From Nocardioides sp. (GTDB lineage: Bacteria; Actinomycetota; Actinomycetes; Propionibacteriales; Nocardioidaceae), in NCBI GenBank assembly GCA_050997635.1, contig JBPCQY010000052.1:1-62523 (forward strand): 62,523 nucleotides of DNA, written 5' to 3'. The notes beneath the pieces were generated by a model. It did no database searches. It was not told the origin of the DNA and saw nothing but the letters and a program-made list of their open reading frames with translations. A program made the translations under genes and the position numbers. The first letter of the stretch is position 1. Each line of letters begins with the position of its first letter. Positions 10,689 through 20,002 of the stretch are shown here, one piece after another.

Positions 10689-10982
10689 CCCCAGCCCGAC
10701 CGCGCCGGGAGGTGGCCCGGACACACTAGTCACCGGTGGCCGATCGGCTATTTCCCGGTCCAGATCGCTTGATCGTCGGTGATTCGGCATCCATCGGTTC
10801 CCGAATCAACGCACGATGCCCCGGTGTCGACCTGGAGAGTCCCGACTGACGGCGCTCGTCGTCCTGCTCGCGGTGGCCGCATCCGGCGCCGCGGAGGGTG
10901 CGGCGTGGGGGCGCGCCGGCTCCGCTCCCGATCGGCACGAGACTCGTCTGTCGGGCACCGCTCGACACGGCGAGGCTGCACT

Positions 10983-11026
10983 CCGGACGCTGGGCGACGA
11001 ACGGGGGTCGCCGCCCAGCGTTCCGG
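10983..11026. terminator. GC-rich hairpin between convergent gltA and DUF2127 genes
   Basis: CCGGACGCTGGGCGACGA / TCGCCGCCCAGCGTTCCGG imperfect inverted repeat with a 7-nt loop. Confidence 0.5.
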
Positions 11027-11055
11027 GATGACCACGGCCCGGCTCCGGCACCTGG

Positions 11056-11838
11056 TCACCGCGCGATAGCGACGGCCGCCTGCTCGACCTCGAGCAGCGA
11101 CTCGCTCCCGCGCTCGGCCTCGAACGCGGCGTGGCCGCCACGGAAGCCGAAGAGCCGCTTGGTCCACACGATGTAGACCACGGCGAAGACGTTGAAGACG
11201 AAGGTGACCAGCCGCAGCCAGGTGACGCGCTCGACGATCTCGTAGATCTCGAGCGGGATGAAGATCGCCGTCCCGACGACGGCGACGTACTCGCCCCAGC
11301 GCCGCATCAGCCACAGGCCGATCGCCTCGAGCAGCTCGAGGAGCCCGTACGCCGTGACGCCGAGCGCGACGTAGAGCAGCGTGGTGTGCTCGGTGTTGAG
11401 CAGCTTGTCGATCAGCCGCACCGGGCCGGTGGTCTGCAGGTCGATCCCGAGCCGGTCGGCCACGGGCCGCAGCAGGGGCAGGTAGGTGTCGAACACCCGC
11501 CGCAGCGCATCGCGCGAGCCGTCGAACCGGTAGATGCCGTAGGCCAGTGCGAGCAGCAGGACGCCGCGGATCCCCCGCTCGACGGCCAGCAGGCGGAGGA
11601 TGAACGCGTCGCGCAGCTGCTTGCCCCGCAGCACCAACGGCGCCTCCTCGGCGGGCCCGCTCCCCCGGGGCTCGCCCGGCACGAAGGTCCCGCAGCGCAG
11701 GCAGCGCCAGGCGACGCCGACCGGCGTCTCGACGTGCAGGTGGTGGGCGAGGTCGTCCTCGGTGGGCTGGTAGGTGGCATGCCCCTGCCGGCCGCAGCTG
11801 CGGAGGTTCCAGTCCCATCGGCGCCCGGGTCGTTGCAT
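11056..11838 (-). CDS. DUF2127-type membrane protein with an N-terminal Cys/His cluster
   Basis: CGRQGH...WRCLRC N-terminus; EAIGLWLMRRWGEY and PLEIYE motifs. Confidence 0.75.
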   Translation of the reverse strand: MQRPGRRWDWNLRSCGRQGHATYQPTEDDLAHHLHVETPVGVAWRCLRCGTFVPGEPRGSGPAEEAPLVLRGKQLRDAFILRLLAVERGIRGVLLLALAYGIYRFDGSRDALRRVFDTYLPLLRPVADRLGIDLQTTGPVRLIDKLLNTEHTTLLYVALGVTAYGLLELLEAIGLWLMRRWGEYVAVVGTAIFIPLEIYEIVERVTWLRLVTFVFNVFAVVYIVWTKRLFGFRGGHAAFEAERGSESLLEVEQAAVAIAR

Positions 11839-11856
11839 GCGAGCACGCTACGGGAA

Positions 11857-13434
11857 TCACACGACAGCGCGGTCGCGCCCGGCCCAGTACGGCGCCCGCA
11901 GGTCGCGCTTGAGGATCTTGCCGGTGGGGTTGCGGGGCAGGGCGTCGATGACGTCGACGCTCTTCGGACACTTGTACGACGCGAGGCGGTCGTGGCAGTA
12001 GGCGACCAGCTCCTCCTCGGTGGCCGTCGTACCGGGGTTGAGCGAGACCACCGCCTTGACCGTCTCGCCCCACCGGGCGTCGGGCACGCCGATGACGGCG
12101 ACCTCCATGACGGCGGCGTGCTCGGCCAGCACCCGCTCGATCTCGGGGCTGTAGACGTTCTCCCCGCCGGTGATGATCATGTCCTTGAGCCGGTCCTCGA
12201 CGTAGACGAAGCCGTCGGCGTCGACCGTGCCCAGGTCGCCGGTGCGGAACCAGCCGTCGTCGGTCAGCACCGCGGCCGTCTCGTCGGGCCTGCCGAGGAA
12301 CCCCTTCATGAGCTGCGGCGTGCGGAGCCAGATCTCGCCGTGCTCACCGGTCGCCACGTCCTCCAGCGTGCCGGGGTCGACGACCCGGACCTCGCACTGC
12401 GGCAGGGGCTTCCCCGCGCTCACCAGCCGGCCGACGTCGCCGGACGCCATGGCTTCGCGGTGGTCCTCGGGCATCAGGTGGGTGGCGACGCCGCAGACCT
12501 CGGTCAGTCCGTAGACCTGGATGAAGTCGGTCTCGGGCCAGGCCTGCATCGCGGCGCGGAGCAGGGGCAGCGGCATCGGCGCGGCGCCGTACGTGAACGT
12601 CTTGAGGCGAGCGAACAGCGCTACGGCGTCCGGCCCTGCCTTGAGCACCTGCGCGAGCACCGCCGGTACCAGAAATGTGCGGTTGGCACCGGCCACGATC
12701 GCGCCCGCCAGGGACGCCGCGTCGGGCTCGCGGGTGACCACGCTGGGCACGCCGTCGTGGATCCCGAACAGGATGTACGACGAGCCACCGACGTGGAAGA
12801 ACGGCATCGAGACCATGTTCTTGTCTCCGGGCTCGAACACCCAGCCGTCGTGCGCGTTGAGGGTGTGGGCGAGCATGTTGGCGTGGGTCAGCATGACCCC
12901 CTTGGGCCGACCGGTGGTGCCCGAGGAATACATCACGAGTGCCGTGTCGTCGGGTGTGATGTCGTCCGCGCGGCCTCGTGGTGTCGCCTCGGCGAGCATC
13001 CCCTCGTAGGGGTCGTGCTCACCGGTGGGCGTGACCTCGATGATCTCCTCGACGCCCGTGAGCCGGTCGCGGATCTTCTCGATCGCGGGCATCAGCTCCG
13101 ACCCGACGATGAGCATCCGGGCTCCCGAGTCGTTGACGGCGTAGTCGATCTCGTCGCCGGCCAGCCGCCAGTTGATGATCGCGTTGGCTGCGCCGAGGCT
13201 GGCCGCCGCCAGCGTGGTCTCGACGCAGGCCGGGTGGTTCTTGTCGAGGAAGGCCACCACGTCACCGCGGCCGATGCCGCGCTCGTGCAGGGCGCCGGCC
13301 AGGCGTCGTACCCGCTGGTCCCACTGCGCCCAGGTCCAGGTGCGCCCGAGGTAGCCGATCGCCTCACCATCGGGGTCGTGCTCGGCCCACCAGGCGAGCC
13401 GGTCGTCGAGGAACTGGGGGGCCGGGGCGTCCAT
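11857..13434 (-). CDS. Long-chain acyl-CoA synthetase (AMP-binding)
   Basis: YSSGTTGRPKG, YGLTE, WFRTGD, DMIITGGENVYS and LPRNPTGK motifs; start chosen at ATG 13434. Confidence 0.92.
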   Translation of the reverse strand: MDAPAPQFLDDRLAWWAEHDPDGEAIGYLGRTWTWAQWDQRVRRLAGALHERGIGRGDVVAFLDKNHPACVETTLAAASLGAANAIINWRLAGDEIDYAVNDSGARMLIVGSELMPAIEKIRDRLTGVEEIIEVTPTGEHDPYEGMLAEATPRGRADDITPDDTALVMYSSGTTGRPKGVMLTHANMLAHTLNAHDGWVFEPGDKNMVSMPFFHVGGSSYILFGIHDGVPSVVTREPDAASLAGAIVAGANRTFLVPAVLAQVLKAGPDAVALFARLKTFTYGAAPMPLPLLRAAMQAWPETDFIQVYGLTEVCGVATHLMPEDHREAMASGDVGRLVSAGKPLPQCEVRVVDPGTLEDVATGEHGEIWLRTPQLMKGFLGRPDETAAVLTDDGWFRTGDLGTVDADGFVYVEDRLKDMIITGGENVYSPEIERVLAEHAAVMEVAVIGVPDARWGETVKAVVSLNPGTTATEEELVAYCHDRLASYKCPKSVDVIDALPRNPTGKILKRDLRAPYWAGRDRAVV

Positions 13435-13485
13435 GGCGTCACCGTTGCACCCCGCAGGCGCGCCGTCCAGCACTTCTTCAGGGCT

Positions 13486-13513
13486 CCCCAGGGATGTCTC
13501 AGCAACGTCACAG
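13486..13513 (+). promoter_or_regulatory. MprA/OmpR-type tandem hexamer box upstream of the htrA-like gene
   Basis: CCCCAG-N5-TCTCAG-N5-TCACAG with 11-bp period, ending 10 nt before CACAGT (-10-like) and 23 nt before the ATG. Confidence 0.65.
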
Positions 13514-13536
13514 GCTGACCCGGCACAGTCGGGGGC

Positions 13537-14787
13537 ATGACCGATGACCACGCCGACACCCCGGCCCCGTCGCAGCAGGACCCCGCCTGGACTCCCTACG
13601 GCTACTCACCGCCCGCACCGACGGCCGCCTTCCCTTCGCAGCCGAGCACCCCTTCCGCGGGCCGACCTGAGCGTCGTACGGGCGCCCGCACGATCGCAGG
13701 AGTGGCCGCCACCGCCCTGCTGATCGGCGGCGGAGCCGGGATCGGCGGGGCGGCGTGGTACGTCGACCACCACGGCGGCAGCGCCAACGGGGGCTCGGTC
13801 ACGACCTCGTCGGTCGTCAACGAACAGCCCCAGCCGGCGGTCTCCGGCAGCGTGCCGAACGTGGCCCAGAAGGTGCTCCCCTCGGTCGTCGAGATCAGGG
13901 TGAGTGGCGCCCAGGAGTCCGGCTCCGGCTCGGGCATCATCCTCAGCTCCGACGGCAACATCTTGACCAACAACCACGTGGTGGCGATCGCCGGCAACAA
14001 CGGCAACATCAGCGTCTCGTTCAACGACGGCTCGACCACCAAGGCCCGCATCGTCGGCACCGACCCGCTCACCGACACCGCCGTCATCAAGGCCGAGGGC
14101 GTCTCCGGGCTCCAGCCGGCCACCATCGGCAAGTCCTCGAGCCTGCAGGTCGGACAGGCGGTCGTCGCGATCGGCTCGCCGTTCGGTCTCGAGTCGACAG
14201 TCACCAGTGGCATCGTCAGCGCCCTCAACCGGCCCGTCGACGTCGGCTCCGACAGCTCGGGCAACGCGACCGTCTACCCCGCCATCCAGACCGACGCGGC
14301 GATCAACCCCGGCAACTCCGGCGGCGCGCTGGTCGACAGCAGCGGCAACGTGGTGGGCATCAACGCGTCGATCCAGTCGACGACGAGCAGCTCCGCCGGC
14401 GGTCAGGCCGGGTCGATCGGCCTCGGCTTCGCGATCCCGATCGACGAGGTGCTGCCGGTGGTCCAGCAGATGCTGCACGGCCAGACCCCCACCCACGCCC
14501 GGCTCGGCATCTCGGTGCGCAGCATCGCCGGCCAGTCCAGTGCCGCCACCGGCGGCGCCAAGGTCGACCAGGTCAACGCCGGGTCCACCGCCCAGGGCGC
14601 CGGCCTCAAGTCCGGCGACGTGATCACCAAGGTCGACAACCAGCTGATCACCAGCTCCGACTCGCTGATCGCCACGATCCGCTCCTACCGGCCCGGGGAC
14701 AAGGTCAGCGTCACCTACACCCGGGGTGGTACGCCGCACACGGTCACGCTGGCCCTGGACTCCGACGCGGCCAACGCCAACTCCTGA
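13537..14787 (+). CDS. HtrA/PepD-like membrane serine protease with PDZ domain
   Basis: TM segment, GSGSGII, TNNHV, DTAV, QTDAAINPGNSGG and C-terminal PDZ (GLKSGDVITKVD). Confidence 0.95.
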   Translation: MTDDHADTPAPSQQDPAWTPYGYSPPAPTAAFPSQPSTPSAGRPERRTGARTIAGVAATALLIGGGAGIGGAAWYVDHHGGSANGGSVTTSSVVNEQPQPAVSGSVPNVAQKVLPSVVEIRVSGAQESGSGSGIILSSDGNILTNNHVVAIAGNNGNISVSFNDGSTTKARIVGTDPLTDTAVIKAEGVSGLQPATIGKSSSLQVGQAVVAIGSPFGLESTVTSGIVSALNRPVDVGSDSSGNATVYPAIQTDAAINPGNSGGALVDSSGNVVGINASIQSTTSSSAGGQAGSIGLGFAIPIDEVLPVVQQMLHGQTPTHARLGISVRSIAGQSSAATGGAKVDQVNAGSTAQGAGLKSGDVITKVDNQLITSSDSLIATIRSYRPGDKVSVTYTRGGTPHTVTLALDSDAANANS

Positions 14788-14800
14788 GACCCCACCGCCA

Positions 14801-14852
14801 CCGGACGTCATACGATCCGCGCGCTATAGGTCACGTTTCGTATGACGTCCGG
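14801..14852. repeat. Inverted repeat, family B, between convergent genes (terminator/REP-like)
   Basis: Perfect 15-bp arms CCGGACGTCATACGA / TCGTATGACGTCCGG with a 22-nt loop; arms related to 27025-27074. Confidence 0.8.
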
Positions 14853-14869
14853 CCGCGGGCAGGCGAGGG

Positions 14870-16561
14870 TCAGCGGGTGCGCTGGACCTGGGTCTCGTCC
14901 CAGACCGGGCCGTCGGACTCATAGACCTCGCCCGAGGCGCCGTACACCAGGAAGCGCTCGAAGCCGCGCGCGAACCAACGGTCGTGGGTGACGGCGAGCA
15001 CGGTGCCGTCGAAGGCGGCCAGCCCCTCCTCGAGCGCCTCGGCCGACTCGACGTCGAGGTTGTCGGTCGGCTCGTCGAGCAGCAGCAGGGTCGCCCCCGA
15101 GAGCTCGAGCAGCAGGATCTGGAAGCGCGCCTGCTGGCCGCCCGAGAGGGACTCGAACCGCTGCTCGGAGGCGTGCGCGAGCTCGTAGCGGTCGAGCACC
15201 CGCGCGGCCGCCTCACGACCCATGCCGTCGCGGTGGTCGTCGCCACGATGAAGCACCTCCAGCAGCGTGCGACCCATCAGCTCGGGGTGCTCGTGGGTCT
15301 GCACGAACCAGCCGGGGCGCACCCGGGCGCCGAGCTTGGCCTGGCCGGTGTGCCGCACGGCCAGCACCGGTACGTCGCCCACCGGCTGGTGCTCCACGTC
15401 GGGATCCGAGCCCCCGGCGGCCAGCAGCCGTAGGAAGTGCGACTTGCCCGAGCCGTTGGACCCGAGCACCGCCACCCGCTCGCCGTACCAGACCTCGAGG
15501 TCGAACGGCGACATCAGACCGGTCAGCTCCAGGTCGGTGCAGACCACCGCACGCTTGCCGGTGCGGCCGCCCCTGAGCCGCATCGTCACCTGCTGCTCGC
15601 GCGGCTGCTCGGTCGGCGGGCCGGCCTCCTCGAACTTGCGCAGCCGGGTCTGCGCCGCCTGGTAGCGCGAGGCCATGTCGGAGTTGTAGGCCGCCTTCTG
15701 CTTGTACATCAGCATCTGTGCGCGGATCTTCGCGTGCTCCTCGTCCCAGCGCCTGCGCAGCTCCTCGAAACGCAGGAAACGCTCGCGCCGCGCCTCGTGG
15801 TACGACGCGAAGCCGCCCGGGTGCGTCCAGACCCGGTTGCCACCGCCGAACGCACCCAGCTCGACGGTGACGATCCGGGTGGTGGTGTTGTTGAGCAGCT
15901 CGCGGTCGTGGCTGACGAACAGGATCGTCTTGTCCGACTCGCGGATCCGCTGCTCCAGCCAGATCTTGCCGGGCACGTCGAGGAAGTTGTCGGGCTCGTC
16001 GAGCAGCAGCACCTGGTCGGGGCCGGCCAGCAGGTACTCCAGCACGAGCCGCTTCTGTTCACCACCGGACAGCGTCGTCAGCGCCCGGTGGCGCGCCCGG
16101 TCGTAGGGCACCCCGAGCCCCTTGACGGTGCAGACGTCCCAGGTGACCTCGAGGTCGTAGCCGCCGGCGTCGGCGTACTCTGCGAGCGCCTCGGCGTACC
16201 GCATCTGGGTGCGCTCGTCGTCGGTGTCCATCAGGGCACGCTCGGCGCGGTCCACGGCGTCGTACGCCGCCCGCACCCGCGGTGGGGCCACCGAGAGCAG
16301 CAGGTCGGCCACCGTCGGGTCGGGGCCCAGGCCCGTGCCGACCATCTGGCGCATCATGCCGAGCCCACCGGACCGGGTCACGGCGCCGGCGTGGGGCGTC
16401 AGGTCCCCGGTGACGATGCGCAGCAGGGTGGTCTTGCCGGCCCCGTTGGCGCCCACGAGGGCCACCTTCGCGCCCTCACCGACCCGGAACGAGACGTCGT
16501 CGAGGAGCACCCGGCCGTCCGGGAGCTCGTAACGCACACCGGCGACATCCACATGACCCAC
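14870..16561 (-). CDS. ABC-F family ATP-binding protein (two NBDs, no TM segments)
   Basis: GANGAGKT...LSGGE...LLLDEPDN and GSNGSGKS...LSGGQ...LLLDEPTDN; start GTG 16561 (MGHVDVAGVRYELPDGR), GACAAT 7 nt upstream. Confidence 0.93.
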   Translation of the reverse strand: MGHVDVAGVRYELPDGRVLLDDVSFRVGEGAKVALVGANGAGKTTLLRIVTGDLTPHAGAVTRSGGLGMMRQMVGTGLGPDPTVADLLLSVAPPRVRAAYDAVDRAERALMDTDDERTQMRYAEALAEYADAGGYDLEVTWDVCTVKGLGVPYDRARHRALTTLSGGEQKRLVLEYLLAGPDQVLLLDEPDNFLDVPGKIWLEQRIRESDKTILFVSHDRELLNNTTTRIVTVELGAFGGGNRVWTHPGGFASYHEARRERFLRFEELRRRWDEEHAKIRAQMLMYKQKAAYNSDMASRYQAAQTRLRKFEEAGPPTEQPREQQVTMRLRGGRTGKRAVVCTDLELTGLMSPFDLEVWYGERVAVLGSNGSGKSHFLRLLAAGGSDPDVEHQPVGDVPVLAVRHTGQAKLGARVRPGWFVQTHEHPELMGRTLLEVLHRGDDHRDGMGREAAARVLDRYELAHASEQRFESLSGGQQARFQILLLELSGATLLLLDEPTDNLDVESAEALEEGLAAFDGTVLAVTHDRWFARGFERFLVYGASGEVYESDGPVWDETQVQRTR

Positions 16562-16564
16562 GAG
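16501..16564. repeat. 64-bp direct repeat copy 1 (5' end of the ABC-F gene)
   Basis: 62/64 identical to 16829-16892. Confidence 0.92.
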
Positions 16565-16635
16565 GGCCATTGTCCTGGACCCCACCGGCGGACGCATCCG
16601 AGTTTCAAGGGCGTGATGATTCGGCCAACCAGGGG

Positions 16636-16800
16636 CTACCCCTTCGACCGTCGCGGCGATCGCCAGATGGCGAGCATCCCGACGATGAAAGCTGCGGCCA
16701 GGATCGTCAGCTCGATTGCCCCAATTCCACTCCCGAACAGGATCAGTACGGCGATCAGGAGGATGACCAGCCCGATGGTCAGCGAAGGTCGATTCCTCAT
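16636..16800 (-). CDS. Small 54-aa two-helix membrane protein (not in the ORF track)
   Basis: MRNRPSLTIGLVILLIAVLILFGSGIGAIELTILAAAFIVGMLAIWRSPRRSKG*; basic ends around a hydrophobic hairpin; ATG overlaps the upstream TGA. Confidence 0.7.
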   Translation of the reverse strand: MRNRPSLTIGLVILLIAVLILFGSGIGAIELTILAAAFIVGMLAIWRSPRRSKG

Positions 16801-16889
16801 CCGCCGCTCGCCTCGAAGTCGGTGGTTCCGAGGAGCACCCGGCCGTCCGGGAGCTCGTAGCGCACACCGGCGACATCCACATGTCCCAC
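16797..16889 (-). pseudogene. Truncated duplicate of the ABC-F N-terminus (30-aa leader-like ORF)
   Basis: MGHVDVAGVRYELPDGRVLL (same 20 aa as ABC-F) + GTTDFEASGG*; TGA overlaps the ATG of 16636-16800. Confidence 0.75.
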
Positions 16890-16892
16890 GAG
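16829..16892. repeat. 64-bp direct repeat copy 2
   Basis: 62/64 identical to 16501-16564; both differences are synonymous (GGT/GGA, CGT/CGC). Confidence 0.92.
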
Positions 16893-16933
16893 AGTCGGTG
16901 GTGCGCCACGGGGCCGGGCCGCGGCCACGTGCT

Positions 16934-19900
16934 TTAGCGAGCGTTCTCCCGCAGGGAGGAGGTGCGGGCCGAGCGGACGGTCACCGCGCCCACCAGGATC
17001 GCGATCGCGAGCAGCACCACCGAGAGCGCGGCGGCGAGCTGCAGGATCGCCGGTATGTCGAGGACCGGCAGGGTCCGGGGCACGCGCGCGCTGTCGGTGA
17101 AGCCGAGGGTGACGGTGTTGATCACGACGCTCTGGGCCAGCGCCCCGGCTGCGAGACCGGCCAGCGCGGCCGCGCCGAGCACCAGTCCGAACTCGGCGAC
17201 CACCGAACCCACCACCGTGCGCTTGGACATGCCCACGACCCGTAGCGAGGCGGCGTCGCGCCGGCGGGCCGGCATCTGGACGGCGAGGTTGGCGCCGAGC
17301 CCGGCCAGGGCCAGCAGGATCACCAGGAGCACCACGATCGTGTAGAGCCGCAGAGCGAGCGCGAAGGCGTCGTGGTCGAGCAACGAGCGGGCCTCGCTCT
17401 CCGTCTGGGGCCTCACCAGGCCGCGGTCGCCCAGGGCCCGTACGACGGCCGGCGGCGTGTCACCGCGGGCCAGGATGTGGACGTCGGTGGTGCTCAGGTT
17501 GAACGAGCCGTACCTGGCGAACAGGTCCCAGTCGACCAGCACACCGGACGGACCCAGCAGGGGCATCGACTCGCTGGTCGCCCCCCCGCGCACCGGGAAC
17601 GTCTTCGACTACCCGTTGGCCAGCCTTGGCGTCTGCCGCGCACCGCGCCCCCACAGCACCGGCACGCGTGCCGGGGCGTCGTCGGTGGTGACCGCGCCGT
17701 AGGAGTTGCTCGTGTCGGCCCGGAAGTCGAGCGAGAGCGTGCCGCCGGCGACCGTCGGTGCCCCCCGGACCGCCGAGGGCGTCCCGATCGGGGAGTCGAT
17801 CGCGCGCCAGCCGCGGTCGAGGGCATCAGCGACCCGATGCCCGTCGAGGGTCAACGAGGAGATGGCAGCGGACCCGTTCATGGACTCGACAAGTGCGTCG
17901 GGCCCACCGAAGACCAGGCGGAGCAGGGTGCAGCCCTGCCGACAGTGCGGGAGCCGGTTCACCTGCGTGCTCCGACCCGGGCGGAACGGGCCGACCGGGG
18001 CGCTGGTCGTGTTGCCCTGGTCGTCGAGGTAGTCGACCTCGACCCCGAGCTGGGCGAAGTCGCCCCGCACGCGGTTGTCCACGGTCATCCCCAGCCGGCT
18101 GCCGCGCAGCTCGATCGACGGACCGGTCAGCTCGAGTCGCTGTGCCAGCGCGCCCGGCCCGAGGCCGGGCGTCCAGCTGGTGGGCCAGTCGGCGACCCGG
18201 GCCAGACGCGGGGTGTCGGCGATCAGCCGGGCCTGGTCCACCTGCGGCAGCGAGTCCTCCGCGATCGCCATCAGCCAGCGCCCCTGCGGGTCGAGGTCGT
18301 GGGTGAGCCGCACCGCCTGGCCCATGCTCAGGGTCGTGGAGTACGACGCCGCCGCCCCGACCTCCGTCGCGGCCGTACTGCCCCGCCAGGCAGCGGCCGC
18401 TCCGGAGACCCCGGCCGCGAACACCGCGATCGCCATCGCCGCAGTGAGCGGGAAGATGACCAGCGTGCCCTCGCGCCGTCGGCGTACGGTCCGCGCCCCG
18501 ACGTATGACGCGAGGCCGCGCCGCTGGCGGGTGAAGCGCACCCACAGGTCGGCCACCACCAGCGCGGCTGCTCCGCTCGCGATGCCCGCCGCGACGGCCA
18601 GCAGGATCGGCAGCAGCAGGTCGGTGGCATCGGGTGCACCGGTATGGCCGCGGGTGGCGGCGGCGAAGGTGACCACGACCGCGGCCGCGACCATCAGGAG
18701 CTGCAGGACCAGCCCCAGTCGCCCGGCCTTCGACGGCCGTCGTACGCCACCGATCTGCGCCGATAGCGTCTCGCTCAGCGCGTCCCGCACGACCAGGACG
18801 GCCACCACGCCCGTCGCGACCACGACCAGCGCCGCCCCGGCCAGGCTGCCGAGGGCCAACGGCACCGGCAGACCCGGGACCAGCCACGAGCGGGCCAGCA
18901 CCCGGGCGGCCAGATAGCCCAGGACCAGACCCACCGGTGTCGAGACCCCGACGATGAGCAGCGGTTCGACCAGGCCCAGCACCCACAGCCGGCGCCGCGA
19001 CCACCCGCGCAGCGAGGCCAAAGCGAGCTCACCGCGTCGCAGCTCCATCGCCGCCGCGAGCAGCCGCGAGAGCAACACCAGGGCGACCAGCACCAAGGAC
19101 ACGACCGCCGGGGTCACTGTGTCCCGCGCCACATTCTGCCGGGCCAACACGTCGGCGGCGATCCTCGGGAGCGCGTTGCCCGGTTCCAGGAGGGCCGAGT
19201 CGGGCAGGGGGAGCGCGGCTGCCTGGTCGTTTATCAGAGCCGCGGTGTGCCGCGCCACGGCGGCGAGCTGGGTCGTCTCGAGATCGGGCGGGGTCTCCAG
19301 GGTCAGGTCGGCCACCACAGTCCACGGGACCAGCGTCTTCTCGAACGTGCTCTGGGGGGTGAGCCACGGGCCTGGGCGGTACGGATGGCCGGGGTTGATG
19401 GGCGTTGCGGGGACCGCCGGGCTGCTCTGCAGTCGGGTGTCCAGCAGCCAGAAGCCTGCGTCGGCCGCTCGGGGGCGGTAGGTGGCGACGACCTTGACCG
19501 TCCGGCTGTCGGCCCACGGATGGAACGAGCCACCGATCTTCACCCCGAGCTGCTGCGAGTCGGCCGCCAGGATGGCGATCTCGTTCAGGTTGGTCGGGCA
19601 CCGGCCGGTGAGCTGGACGTGCTGGCAGGCACCGGGCACCGAGACCAGTCGCGGCTCACCACCGTTGGGCCCGACGTTGGGCGCGAGGCCCGGCTGGGAG
19701 AACACGAACGAATGTGGAGCGGCGAACCCGGTGCCGGCGGCCTCGGTGGCCTGCGCGTCCGCGTCCACCACCGCGGCATCGACGCTCAGGCTCGCGTCGG
19801 GTGTGTAGTCGAAGGTCAGCGCCGTGAGGATCGGCGGCTCGGATCGGAGCTTCTCGACCAGGAACGAGCGGGTGGCACCCGTCTGGTAGATCGGGCCCAG

Positions 19901-20002
19901 CACGGCCGACGCCACCGCGATGATGGTGAGCACCAGCGCCCCGGCCGTGAGCAAACCGCGCGACCGCAGCCCGCGCAGGGCCGTGGCCAGCAGCCCCCTC
20001 AT
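16934..20002 (-). CDS. Large FtsX/MacB-like ABC permease (about 1022 codons) interrupted by an in-frame TAG at 17609-17611
   Basis: ORFs 17609-20002 and 16934-17593 are in the same frame (LANG*SKTFPVRGG...); RRGELALASLRG and RRRDAASLRVVG permease motifs. Confidence 0.85.

Noticed and set aside
16562-16909. N-terminal extension of the ABC-F ORF to 679 aa
   Set aside because: The extension reads the duplicated start out of frame and overlaps the 54-aa membrane ORF; the family-like sequence begins at GTG 16561.
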